Source of the DNA: SAR202 cluster bacterium
GTDB lineage: Bacteria > Chloroflexota > Dehalococcoidia > Lucifugimonadales > UBA6927
Assembly: GCA_022447855.1 (NCBI GenBank)
Contig: JAKUTX010000003.1
Location: 39,707-103,706 of the forward strand
Reading direction: 5' to 3'
Length of the DNA stretch: 64,000 bases
The stretch's first letter is position 1. Every line of letters starts with the position of its first letter. The notes below the pieces were generated by a model. That model was not told the DNA's origin and did no database searches. It saw only the letters and a list, made by a program, of their open reading frames with translations. Shown here in pieces: positions 8,908 through 18,555 of this stretch. Position numbers and translations under genes: made by a program.

Positions 8908-8933
8908 ATTTCACATGAAGATTCCCATCTAAT

Positions 8934-9350
8934 CTAATTTTCACTAAATGCGGCACAACTGGTAGAAGTTTCCCAAACTCTTACTTCAGAAACATTTAAT
9001 TTTTGATTTCTTGCTTGATAAAAAATATGTCGAGCAATATTTTCCGCTGTTGGATTTTCTTCCATTAAATACATGGGCTGATCAAATTTCCTAAACACCT
9101 CAACCATTGGATCTTTTTTACATAAAATCATTTTATGATCCATACTATCTTCAACCCACCGACGTATCAGATCACGGATTTCATTAAAATCTATAACCAT
9201 CCCCCTCTTATCCAAATCAGAACTTTCAACATCAATTTCGACCACTCCATTGTGACCATGTAAATAACGACATTTGCCATCATAATTTAACAGCCTGTGA
9301 CCATAAGCAAATTCAAAAGATTTTGTTACTCTGAAAATCATACCACTCAT
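8934..9350 (-). CDS. queD: 6-carboxytetrahydropterin synthase / 6-pyruvoyl-tetrahydropterin synthase family
   Basis: It has FEFAYGHRL...GKCRYLHGHNGVVEIDV (Zn His triad plus catalytic Cys) and ...DHKMIL. The length is 138 aa. Confidence 0.85.
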   Translation of the reverse strand: MSGMIFRVTKSFEFAYGHRLLNYDGKCRYLHGHNGVVEIDVESSDLDKRGMVIDFNEIRDLIRRWVEDSMDHKMILCKKDPMVEVFRKFDQPMYLMEENPTAENIARHIFYQARNQKLNVSEVRVWETSTSCAAFSEN

Positions 9351-10112
9351 CTAATCAATTCCAGGACCCGCAAGATGTCTGCCAGAATCCACTCTAATAG
9401 TTTCTCCTGTAATTGTCTCAGACTTAAGAAGTGAAATAATCAATTCAGCCATTTCTTCGGCTGAAGATTCACGTCTTAGAGGAGATTTTTCAATGACTCC
9501 AGTTGTCCAAGTTTGTTTATCTATTTCTGGAGGCCTCGCAGTTGGCCCAGGGGCAATAGAATTAACTAAAATTCCGTGTGATGCCAATTCTACAGCGAAG
9601 CATCTAGTCATAAAATCAATCGCAGCTTTTGAGGTGAGGTATGGCAAATACCCGGCATACGGAGTGTTTCCAGCAGCCCAATCAGTAAAAAACATTATAT
9701 GGCCTTTTGTAGGAGCGAGATTATTTTTCATCATCTCTGCAACGTTAATGGCGAACAAAAAACTTCCTTTAGCATCCGCCATATTTTCGTCCCATGTAGA
9801 ACTATCTAAACTTTCAAGGGGGGTATGATTATATTGAGAAGCTAAATTTATAGCAAAATTTAATTCCCCAAACTTCGCTTCAACCTCTTTAATCATGTTC
9901 TTTACACTATCTTCACTAGTAATATCTACTTGAAGAATAAATGAATCTGGGGAAGTTTTTATTACTTCATCCAAAAGATTTTGGGCATCAACTTTTGAAT
10001 GCCGATATGTAATCGCAATTCGCATTCCTTCATCGGCAAATCTTTTTGCTAACACTTGGCCAACTCGTTTAGCTCCAACTATGACTACGGATTTATCATC
10101 AAGCGAGATCAA
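9351..10112 (-). CDS. SDR-family reductase resembling FolM/PTR1 pteridine (dihydromonapterin) reductases
   Basis: It has IVGAKRVGQVLAKRF...IAITYRHS, Y-x-x-x-K (YLTSKAA), VNSIAPG and a C-terminal VDSGRHL. This resembles E. coli FolM as I recall it. The TTG start has GGAG 7 nt upstream. It is the first gene of the folE/queC/queD operon. Confidence 0.55.
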   Translation of the reverse strand: MISLDDKSVVIVGAKRVGQVLAKRFADEGMRIAITYRHSKVDAQNLLDEVIKTSPDSFILQVDITSEDSVKNMIKEVEAKFGELNFAINLASQYNHTPLESLDSSTWDENMADAKGSFLFAINVAEMMKNNLAPTKGHIMFFTDWAAGNTPYAGYLPYLTSKAAIDFMTRCFAVELASHGILVNSIAPGPTARPPEIDKQTWTTGVIEKSPLRRESSAEEMAELIISLLKSETITGETIRVDSGRHLAGPGID

Positions 10113-10214
10113 CCAAATACTCCAAATTCATAACCGTTTTTTCTATTAATAATTGTAGCACAAATTCAAAACTTCACTTCCAACAAATACCCCACATTAT
10201 GCTAGGATGTCGTA

Positions 10215-10985
10215 ATGAGTCATCAAAAACAATGGTTTAACGATTTCTTTGGGTCAGACTATTTAAAAATATATTCTGGCAACTTTGACTCCAAACGTAC
10301 TATCGAGGAAGTCAATTTCATAATTGAAACCCTAAGCTTAAAGCCTAAATCGAAAATTCTGGACTTGTGCTGTGGTCAAGGAAGGCACTCAATCGAACTA
10401 TCCATTAAGGGCATGAATGTTGTTTCCCAAGATTTAATTCAAGCATACTTAGATATAGCTGAAGTGGAAGCTAAAGCAAAAAAAGTCAATATTTCTACCA
10501 TCTGCTCAGACATGTCTACAATACCTTTCGAATCAGAATTTGACGCAATAATAAACATGTTCACAGCGTTCGGTTACCTAAACTCCAAAAATGACGATTC
10601 CCAAGTCCTAAAGGAGATGTATAAGTCACTTAAACCTGGAGGAAAACTACTCATTGATACTTTAAACCGTGAATGGGTAATTATAAACAATATTGAGCGA
10701 GAGTGGCGCCAAGACAAAGATGGAACACTAATTATTGAGGAGAGAAATTTTGACCTTGAAACAAGTCGAAACCACGTTAGTTTTAAATTAGTATCTCCAG
10801 AAGGAAAAATCAAAGAAATAGAAGGGCATAAAATCAGACTTTACACCCTTACTGAGCTAATACAAATGCTTGAAAATGCGAATTTTGTTTTTAAGAAAGC
10901 ATTTGGGTATTATAATTCTTCAAATTATGACAAGCATTCTCGTAGAATGATAATTCTCGCAGAAAAACCACTCGTTAAAAACTAA
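10215..10985 (+). CDS. Class I SAM-dependent methyltransferase
   Basis: Motif I is ILDLCCGQGRH, followed by an acidic post-I residue (QD) and motif II/III spacing typical of Methyltransf_11/25. Confidence 0.8.
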   Translation: MSHQKQWFNDFFGSDYLKIYSGNFDSKRTIEEVNFIIETLSLKPKSKILDLCCGQGRHSIELSIKGMNVVSQDLIQAYLDIAEVEAKAKKVNISTICSDMSTIPFESEFDAIINMFTAFGYLNSKNDDSQVLKEMYKSLKPGGKLLIDTLNREWVIINNIEREWRQDKDGTLIIEERNFDLETSRNHVSFKLVSPEGKIKEIEGHKIRLYTLTELIQMLENANFVFKKAFGYYNSSNYDKHSRRMIILAEKPLVKN

Positions 10986-11066
10986 TATTAAACTGATTCT
11001 AAATGTGCAATGTGATACGATTTACCGAGATATCATTAGCTTAGCCTATACCGTAAGGGAAATTTT

Positions 11067-12656
11067 ATGACTCTTATACAATTATATGACACCACGTTAA
11101 GAGATGGGGCACAATACGAAGGAATTTCTTTGTCGGTTGATGACAAAATTGCCATTACTCAAAGATTAGATCATCTTGGCGTAAATTTTATAGAAGGCGG
11201 TTGGCCAGGCTCAAATCCTAAAGATAAAGAATACTTTGAAATTGCCAAGACTCTAAAACTTAAAAACGCAGTCATCACAGCATTTGGAAGTACTAGACGT
11301 ACAGGAGTCAAAGCTAGCGATGATTTGAACATAAAAGCTCTAGTTTCGGCAGAAACTTCGGTGATCACCCTCGTAGGTAAAAGTTCAGAACTTCAAGTTT
11401 TAGAAGTACTAGAAGTCTCTTTAGAAGAAAACTTGGCAATGATTTATGAGTCAATTTCATATTTAAAGAGCCTCGGAAAGAGGGTATTCTTTGACGCAGA
11501 GCATTTTTTTGATGGATATAAATCGAACCATGAGTACAGCATGAAATGCTTGAAATCTGCTGAATCCGCTGGGGCTGAGGTATTAGTCCTTTGTGACACT
11601 AACGGCGGTACATTGCCAACCGAAATTACAAATATCATTCAATCTGTTTCTTCAGAAACAAATGTAAAATTAGGCATACATACTCACAATGATACTGATT
11701 CAGCTGTAGCTGGCTCACTCGCGGCCATTGAAGCTGGGGTATTTCAAGTTCAAGGCACAATCAATGGTTATGGAGAAAGATGTGGAAACGCAAATCTAAT
11801 ATCAATAATTGCAAACTTGAAATTGAAAATGGGTATTGATTGCATTACAGACGAACAAATGGAATTATTAACTGACGTTAGCCTTCAGATTGCTGAAATA
11901 GCAAATATGCGATCCATTCCATCCCAACCATATGTTGGATCAAGCGCATTTGCTCATAAAGGTGGAATTCACGCGGCGGCAGTGCAAAAAATTGAAGATA
12001 GCTATCAACATATCAAACCCAATATGGTAGGAAATGGAAAAAGGATTCTAGTATCTGAACTTTCTGGAAGAAGTAATGTCCTATATAAAGTAGGGGAACT
12101 AGGGATTGAAATTAAATTATCTAAGGATCAGGCTCGAAATTTAGTTAATGAGGTGAAAGAAAAAGAGAATACTGGTTTGCAATACGAAGGCGCAGAAGCT
12201 TCATTTGAAGTCCTAGTAAGAAAATCACAAAGTGATTATACGCGTCCATTTGAAGTGCAGGAATTTATGACTGTGGTTCAAAAACATACAAAAACTAACA
12301 GTGATAACACTTCGATTGCAGGCGATTTATCATCTCAGGTGATGTTGAAGGTAAAAGTTGGAAACCAAATAATGCACACCGCATCTGATGGAAATGGGCC
12401 TGTAAATGCAATAGATAATGCTCTTCGAAAAGCATTGCTTGAATTTTACCCCGAATTAGAACCATTACGACTTACCGACTACAAGGTCAGAGTGGTAGAT
12501 GGTGCTGACGGAACCGGTGCCATAGTCCGAGTAATTATAGAGTCCACTGACGGTTCCACTATTTGGAGCACTGTGGGGGCATCTTCAAATATTATTACTG
12601 CAAGTTTAATGGCATTGACTGATAGCATGGAATACTGGCTAGCAAGAAATAGCTAG
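11067..12656 (+). CDS. cimA: Citramalate synthase (LeuA-related, long form)
   Basis: It has the YDTTLRDGAQ N-terminus, the HTHND metal site and a LeuA-dimer-like C-terminal regulatory domain. The 529-aa length is typical of the CimA clade. Confidence 0.75.
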   Translation: MTLIQLYDTTLRDGAQYEGISLSVDDKIAITQRLDHLGVNFIEGGWPGSNPKDKEYFEIAKTLKLKNAVITAFGSTRRTGVKASDDLNIKALVSAETSVITLVGKSSELQVLEVLEVSLEENLAMIYESISYLKSLGKRVFFDAEHFFDGYKSNHEYSMKCLKSAESAGAEVLVLCDTNGGTLPTEITNIIQSVSSETNVKLGIHTHNDTDSAVAGSLAAIEAGVFQVQGTINGYGERCGNANLISIIANLKLKMGIDCITDEQMELLTDVSLQIAEIANMRSIPSQPYVGSSAFAHKGGIHAAAVQKIEDSYQHIKPNMVGNGKRILVSELSGRSNVLYKVGELGIEIKLSKDQARNLVNEVKEKENTGLQYEGAEASFEVLVRKSQSDYTRPFEVQEFMTVVQKHTKTNSDNTSIAGDLSSQVMLKVKVGNQIMHTASDGNGPVNAIDNALRKALLEFYPELEPLRLTDYKVRVVDGADGTGAIVRVIIESTDGSTIWSTVGASSNIITASLMALTDSMEYWLARNS

Positions 12657-12677
12657 AAAATTTTGTTAAACAAGAAT

Positions 12678-14879
12678 ATGAACCAAAAAATGCTCCAAGA
12701 CCTGAATCATGAACAGGCTGATGCTGTCACTTCAATCAATGGTCCCGTTTTATTAATTGCAGGCCCTGGAAGTGGGAAAACTCGTGTAATAACTCACCGT
12801 ATAGCCCACTTAGTTAAATCTCAAAAAGTTAACCCCTATCGCATTACAGCAATGACCTTTACTAACAAAGCTGCTCGAGAATTAAAAGACCGCCTTGCCA
12901 CAATACTGGATAATACAATGCCAGAGATTGCTGCAGGAACTTTCCATTCTTTTTGTGCAAAATTCTTAAGAATAGAAGGACAAAGAATTAAGCTCAGCTC
13001 TGAGTTTGTAATCTACGATGACGGAGATCAGATTGAACAGACAAAAGTGGCAATGGAAGAACTGCAAATAGACCAAAAACAATTTCCGCCCAGATCTATC
13101 CTTTCAAGTATTTCTAATGCCAAAAGTCAATTAATCCCAAGTTCAGAATATAAATCAAACGCTAATGATTATTTCCAAGAGGTTGTTGGAAGGGTATACG
13201 AAGAATACGAAAGATTCATGAGTTTGAATTCTGCTTTAGATTTTGATGACCTGCTAATCAAGACACATTTCATTCTAAGTGAGGATAAAGAAATCTCTGA
13301 AAAATATTCTGAAAGATTTTTGCATGTAATGGTCGATGAGTTCCAAGACACGAATGTTGCTCAGTATGAAATCGCCAAATTATTGGTTGCCAAGCATCGG
13401 AATTTTTGCGCAGTAGGAGACCCTGACCAATCAATTTACTCATGGCGCAATGCAGACATACGGAACATACTTAGTTTTCAAACTGATTTCCCAGATGCAA
13501 AAGTAATTCCTCTAGTACAAAATTATCGGTCCTCCTCAACAATTTTAGAGGCTGCTCAACACCTTATATCTGCAAATGATCAACGTGTAGAAAAAGACCT
13601 CTGGACATCAAATAAACCAGGTGAGCTTATAACAATAGAGGAAGCATTTACTGATATTGAAGAAGCTGAATCAGTCCTGAATCACATTAAATCACTAACT
13701 ACTACTCAACGTTATTCTAATTCAGACATCGCAATAATGTATCGAGTCAATTCTCAATCAAGACTATTAGAGGAATCATGCAGGCGTCATGGAGTGCCTT
13801 ACCAATTAATTGGAGGACAAAAATTCTACCAAAGACAGGAAATAAAAGACCTCGTAAGCTATCTTAGAACAATTGCTAACCCCTATGACGATATTTCATT
13901 GATGAGGATTATCAATACTCCTCCAAGGGGGATTGGGAAAAAAACATTCGATGATATATCACTGGTTGCAAGAGATGAACAATTACCACTATTTTTCGCG
14001 ATAGGAAAAATGTTAGAACTTCAAAAATCAAATGGAATCGAATTAAATCCTCGTTCTATCAAGGCACTATCCAATTTCTACGATACAATCAGTAAACTTT
14101 CCGAGATATTAAATTCTGATACTCACCAATCTCTAGGAGATTTGATTAATAGTATCCTAGACCTGACAAATTACAGACAAATCCTTCAATCAAGTAAGGA
14201 TATTCGTGATAAGGAACGTCTCGAAAATCTTGACGAATTCTTAAATAGTGCATCTGATTATCAAGGAAATTCATTGCGGGAGTCTTTATCCGAATTTTTA
14301 GAAACAATAAGTCTTATCAGTGACATTGATAAAATGGAAGATGAATCATCTGCAATTACTCTCATCACACTGCACCAATCAAAAGGTCTAGAATTTCCTG
14401 TTGTCTTCATCATTGGTATGGAAGAGGGACTTCTACCTCATATTCGTTCTATGGAAGATCCTGACCAAATAGAAGAAGAAAGACGTCTAGCATATGTAGG
14501 ATTCACTCGTGCAAAAGAAAAGCTTTTTCTAATGCGCGCATTTAGACGGGGCTACAAAGGTTTAGGGCTTCCAACTCTGCCTTCACGATTCTTGAATGAC
14601 CTGCCCACAAAACTAATTCATACTCCAAAAAATCTTCCTAAATATTTTAACAAACAGAAAACCAACAATTTAACTAAAAATAAAGCTATATCTTCTGAAG
14701 TGAAAGCTTCTGGATCAGGGTTTATGACTGGAGACAAAGTGAATCATCCGGAATTTGGAGCTGGAATTGTAATGAATTGCAAACAAATCAGATCCGATTT
14801 TGAAATCACTGTTGCTTTCAAAGAAGGAGCGGGCATCAAACGATTAATAGCAAGCGCCGCAAACCTAAAAAAGATCTAA
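12678..14879 (+). CDS. pcrA: ATP-dependent DNA helicase PcrA/UvrD (SF1)
   Basis: It has Walker A AGPGSGKTRV, DEFQDTN, the VGDPDQSIYSWR motif, and QNYRSS and TLHQSKGLEF blocks. The start is uncertain: TTG 12663, ATG 12678 or ATG 12690. Confidence 0.9.
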   Translation: MNQKMLQDLNHEQADAVTSINGPVLLIAGPGSGKTRVITHRIAHLVKSQKVNPYRITAMTFTNKAARELKDRLATILDNTMPEIAAGTFHSFCAKFLRIEGQRIKLSSEFVIYDDGDQIEQTKVAMEELQIDQKQFPPRSILSSISNAKSQLIPSSEYKSNANDYFQEVVGRVYEEYERFMSLNSALDFDDLLIKTHFILSEDKEISEKYSERFLHVMVDEFQDTNVAQYEIAKLLVAKHRNFCAVGDPDQSIYSWRNADIRNILSFQTDFPDAKVIPLVQNYRSSSTILEAAQHLISANDQRVEKDLWTSNKPGELITIEEAFTDIEEAESVLNHIKSLTTTQRYSNSDIAIMYRVNSQSRLLEESCRRHGVPYQLIGGQKFYQRQEIKDLVSYLRTIANPYDDISLMRIINTPPRGIGKKTFDDISLVARDEQLPLFFAIGKMLELQKSNGIELNPRSIKALSNFYDTISKLSEILNSDTHQSLGDLINSILDLTNYRQILQSSKDIRDKERLENLDEFLNSASDYQGNSLRESLSEFLETISLISDIDKMEDESSAITLITLHQSKGLEFPVVFIIGMEEGLLPHIRSMEDPDQIEEERRLAYVGFTRAKEKLFLMRAFRRGYKGLGLPTLPSRFLNDLPTKLIHTPKNLPKYFNKQKTNNLTKNKAISSEVKASGSGFMTGDKVNHPEFGAGIVMNCKQIRSDFEITVAFKEGAGIKRLIASAANLKKI

Positions 14880-14904
14880 TTTAAATTTATATATAGGTGA
14901 AAAC

Positions 14905-15384
14905 ATGAGCGAAAAATCTTACATTACAAAGGAAATGAATGATCATATTGGTCTCGAAACAACCCTAGGATCTGTTGAAATAGAAAAAGGCGCCATAATT
15001 AAGTTTGCTCAAGCGATTGGCGACGAAAACCCTCTTTTTCAAGAGGAATCAATCGCTAAAGAATCTTACACCAATGGGATTATAGCTCCTCCAACATTCC
15101 TTAGATCAGTTGATGCGGCATGCGCTCTAACAAATACTGAATCCAAAGTCGATATTATTCCAGAATATTTCAATGCAAGAGTCGATGGAGGAAGTGAATG
15201 GGAGTACTTTGGCAATATAAGACCTGGGGATACAATAACTGTTAGTAAGATGATTCAAAATTTATTTGAACGCTCGGGTAGGATGGGAGAAATGTTATTT
15301 GTAGTATCACTAATAAAATATGTTAATCAACTGGATGAACTAATAGCCACTCAAACTACTACTGGTATCTGCTATCGAGCATAA
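14905..15384 (+). CDS. MaoC-like dehydratase, N-terminal-type (non-catalytic HadA/ChsH-like) subunit
   Basis: 159 aa with hotdog fold. It lacks the D...H hydratase dyad. It lies 14 nt upstream of the catalytic MaoC partner. Confidence 0.7.
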   Translation: MSEKSYITKEMNDHIGLETTLGSVEIEKGAIIKFAQAIGDENPLFQEESIAKESYTNGIIAPPTFLRSVDAACALTNTESKVDIIPEYFNARVDGGSEWEYFGNIRPGDTITVSKMIQNLFERSGRMGEMLFVVSLIKYVNQLDELIATQTTTGICYRA

Positions 15385-15398
15385 TATAAGGAGAAAAT

Positions 15399-15833
15399 AT
15401 GAAAAATCCACTGTTCTATGATGACCTAGAAGTAGGAATGCAATTGCCTGTTTTACGCAAAGACCCAACTACACAACAGCTTGTAAAATATGCAGGAGCC
15501 TCTGGAGATTATTATCAAATTCACTATGACATTAATTTCGCAAAAGCGAATGGGCTACCAGGGGTAATACTTCACGGCGCCCTCAAGAACGCTTTCTTAG
15601 GAGAACTTATTACCAACTGCATTGGAGACAAAGGAATGCTCAAAAAACTGAGTTGCCAATATAGAGGCATGGACGAACCCGGAACTCCTATTTTCTGTAA
15701 AGGTGAAGTGACAAAAAAACATCAACTAAACAATGAAAATTTAATCGAATGTGACATATGGATGGAAAATGCTGATGGCGAAAAAACTACACCAGGAACT
15801 GCAATCTTTTCTCTTCCAAAGCGTTCGGACTAG
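15399..15833 (+). CDS. MaoC-like (R)-specific enoyl-CoA hydratase, catalytic subunit (HadB-like)
   Basis: It has YAGASGDYYQIHYDINFAKANGLPGVILHG, the hydratase-2 motif with the D and H retained at canonical spacing and N-P replaced by Y-Q. Confidence 0.8.
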   Translation: MKNPLFYDDLEVGMQLPVLRKDPTTQQLVKYAGASGDYYQIHYDINFAKANGLPGVILHGALKNAFLGELITNCIGDKGMLKKLSCQYRGMDEPGTPIFCKGEVTKKHQLNNENLIECDIWMENADGEKTTPGTAIFSLPKRSD

Positions 15834-16696
15834 AGGGAATATGAATCGATCATTTTTTGTACATTCGAAGGCTTATCACTATTGCTAAGACTTGATAAGT
15901 GCTCATCAAATGAAGACCTAGACTCATCCTGAAAGATTAGACCAACTGGAATTCCTCCTTCGCTGACCAAATCTTTTGCAGACTGATAATTGTTAGGATC
16001 ATGAGATTCGGGAATATCCCAAGCAGTACCTTTAATACCCTTCTTCACACTACCTTTTAATTCTTCATACGTATTGTTATAGGTAGTGCATGGAGATTGA
16101 ACATGCACAATAGAAAACCCCTTGTGGTCAACTCCCTGTCTAATCATAGATGCTAATGGTCTAACATTTGAAGAGACCTGAGAACCTATAAAAGATACTC
16201 CGAATGTCAGATAAGATTCTAGGGGGTTTGTCGATATTTCTGCTTTACCGCGCGGTGTAGAACTCGTTACGGTACCAATTTTTGTTGTAGGAGAACTCTG
16301 ACCTTTAGTTAAACCATAAACTCCATTATCCATAATTACAGCTGTAATATCCAGATTGCGTGCAGCCTGCGGAGCTACATGTTCTGCACCAATACTCAGA
16401 AAATCACCATCCCCTGCAACCACAATAACGTTAAGATCAGGCCTACTCATCTTGATTCCCATTGCAATCGGTAGAGTCCTTCCATGAATGCCATGAATAC
16501 CAAAGGGCTGTTCTCCTTCAATCAAATGCACCATATTGCCAGAACATCCTATCCCTGCAACAACAACTGTATTATGCATAGGCTTCTCAGTATCAATTGC
16601 ATATTGTTTCAAACAAGCCTCTAAAGCTCTGCGAACACCAAAATCGCCACATCCTGGACACCATTTAAAATCATATTCTGGATTTTTTTCACTCAT
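15830..16696 (-). CDS. korB: 2-oxoacid:ferredoxin oxidoreductase, beta (TPP-binding) subunit
   Basis: It has WCPGCGDFG and the GDGD...N TPP motif. Its start overlaps the korA stop by 4 nt. Confidence 0.9.
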   Translation of the reverse strand: MSEKNPEYDFKWCPGCGDFGVRRALEACLKQYAIDTEKPMHNTVVVAGIGCSGNMVHLIEGEQPFGIHGIHGRTLPIAMGIKMSRPDLNVIVVAGDGDFLSIGAEHVAPQAARNLDITAVIMDNGVYGLTKGQSSPTTKIGTVTSSTPRGKAEISTNPLESYLTFGVSFIGSQVSSNVRPLASMIRQGVDHKGFSIVHVQSPCTTYNNTYEELKGSVKKGIKGTAWDIPESHDPNNYQSAKDLVSEGGIPVGLIFQDESRSSFDEHLSSLSNSDKPSNVQKMIDSYSL

Positions 16697-18411
16697 GCGT
16701 TAATTGTCTCATTTCTATATGTTGCAATTTCATTCTTGACAGATTCTACCAAATCTCTAACTTTAAAAGGCAACCCAGTAAATTGAGTTATCGCCTTAGC
16801 ATTAATCCCATGAGTTCTTAATATCATAGAAAATTGACCTTGATAATTAAGTTCGGGAACCAAAATTAAATCTGCCTTTTTCAATTGGTCAATCAATTCA
16901 GGATTCAAAGGATTCACGTACATAGTATATAACCAACCGACTCCTTCGACAGTATCAACAATTTCTTGAAATGCCTCATAAGCAGGTCCTTTACTACCTC
17001 CCCACGGCATTATTACAACTGATGCATCAGGATTAATAGACTCAAACTTTTCATTCTCCAAAAGCTTTAATTTGTTGAACCGTCGAGTAGTCATTTGAAT
17101 ATGTCTCTCAGGTAGGTGAGTAGTATCACCAATACCATCATGTTCACTACCATTTGCAACATATGCCCCCGCCCCTCCTGGAATAGGCATGGGGGAAACA
17201 TCCAGGCTGTCGTAACGTTGGTACCCATTATCACCCTGATAAACTAACCGGTTTTCAATGTTTAAATCTTCAACATTTGGTTTTGGTATATTTTGTTGCC
17301 TTTCTGACAAGGCCATTTCGCTAAGGATAATAACAGGACCCTGATAACGCTCAGCCCAATTAAGTCCATTGACTCCAGCATGAAAACATTCTTCCACAGA
17401 TCCGGGTGCAATCACAGGCAATTGAACATCCCCATGCCCCGGGAAAATAGCAGTCATCAAATCTGATTGCTCTGTTTTAGTAGGTAAACCTGTAGATGGG
17501 CCACCCCTTTGAACGTCTACAATCACACATGGAATCTCAGACATCCAAGCCAAGCCAATACCTTCATGCATTAAATCAAAACCCGGACCCGCGGTAGCAG
17601 TCATTGATTTTTTACCTGAATATCCTGCTCCCACAATAGAAGTAATTGATTCAATTTCCGAGGTGGCTTGGTAAACATATTTCCCCGGACCCTTTAGATT
17701 CATAGTCATCCATACAAGAATAGATGTAGCAGGAGATATTGGATAACCAACATAAGTATCTAAACCAGACGCAACTGCTCCTAAGCCTAAAGCCACATTG
17801 CCGTTAACAATAATTTGCTCAGAATCAGGAGGAGAGGGATCCTCAAGTTTTTCTAAACTGAATCCACTTTTCTCAGCCTCATTTCTCCCCAACCCAAGTG
17901 CCTCAATATTGGATTGAATTATTTGATCGTCATTAGGCCTACCACGAGTAAATCGTTTCGTGACAAACTCTTCCAGAATTGATTGAGGCATATTCACTAA
18001 AAATGCCAAAGCCCCAATTACTACCATATTAGCGGCACGACTGTTACCAGTGGATTTGGCCAATTCATCAAAAGGGATACCAAAACTCTTTGAATCACCT
18101 TCTAAATCAAATTCTCCAGTATTGTAAATTATCACACCATCTTCAGACACTTCTGATTTATGATTCTGATAGGCCTCTTCGTTAAAAGCAACCAGTACAT
18201 GTAACTCATCTCCGTAACTCAAAACAGGTTTGGTAGAGACTCTTGTTTGAGTCCAAGTGGGGCCTCCCATAATCTGAGAAGGAAATGTCGCAAAGGTCTG
18301 TACATGATATCCCACTTGACCGCAAGCTTGAGCGAGTCCTTCAGCAGATGTAACTACGCCTTGTCCCCCCTCTCCAGCGAATCTGCCCACGCAATCACTT
18401 TTGCTCAACAA
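16693..18411 (-). CDS. korA: 2-oxoacid:ferredoxin oxidoreductase, fused gamma-alpha subunit
   Basis: The N-terminal gamma-domain motif GEGGQGVVT is followed by the alpha (pyrimidine-binding) domain. The start is TTG at 18411 or 18408, with GGAGG 3-6 nt upstream. Confidence 0.9.
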   Translation of the reverse strand: MLSKSDCVGRFAGEGGQGVVTSAEGLAQACGQVGYHVQTFATFPSQIMGGPTWTQTRVSTKPVLSYGDELHVLVAFNEEAYQNHKSEVSEDGVIIYNTGEFDLEGDSKSFGIPFDELAKSTGNSRAANMVVIGALAFLVNMPQSILEEFVTKRFTRGRPNDDQIIQSNIEALGLGRNEAEKSGFSLEKLEDPSPPDSEQIIVNGNVALGLGAVASGLDTYVGYPISPATSILVWMTMNLKGPGKYVYQATSEIESITSIVGAGYSGKKSMTATAGPGFDLMHEGIGLAWMSEIPCVIVDVQRGGPSTGLPTKTEQSDLMTAIFPGHGDVQLPVIAPGSVEECFHAGVNGLNWAERYQGPVIILSEMALSERQQNIPKPNVEDLNIENRLVYQGDNGYQRYDSLDVSPMPIPGGAGAYVANGSEHDGIGDTTHLPERHIQMTTRRFNKLKLLENEKFESINPDASVVIMPWGGSKGPAYEAFQEIVDTVEGVGWLYTMYVNPLNPELIDQLKKADLILVPELNYQGQFSMILRTHGINAKAITQFTGLPFKVRDLVESVKNEIATYRNETINA

Positions 18412-18488
18412 CTGCCTCCAGAATAAATGAAACCATTATAATTTCGAATGAAAAATCTTAGGTTACTTCTTTTTAATCGATTTCAGTA

Positions 18489-18518
18489 ATAATATCAAAG
18501 CCAATTTTCACGTGTCAA
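18489..18518 (-). promoter_or_regulatory. Candidate sigma-70-type promoter for korAB
   Basis: The minus strand reads TTGACA (18518-18513), an 18-nt spacer, then TATTAT (18494-18489). This is about 78 nt upstream of the korA start. Such matches are common in AT-rich DNA. Confidence 0.3.
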
Positions 18519-18555
18519 TTTTCTGAAAATTATTTAGAGTAATTAAAAAGAATAA

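Noticed and set aside
10113-10214. A possible preQ1 riboswitch in the leader of the FolM-like/queD/queC/folE operon.
   Set aside because: Reading the minus-strand leader by eye, I could not find the compact preQ1-I/II hairpin-plus-A-rich-tail pattern. The region looks like a plain AT-rich promoter with GGAG-N7-TTG. A covariance-model scan (Rfam preQ1-I, II and III) would be decisive.
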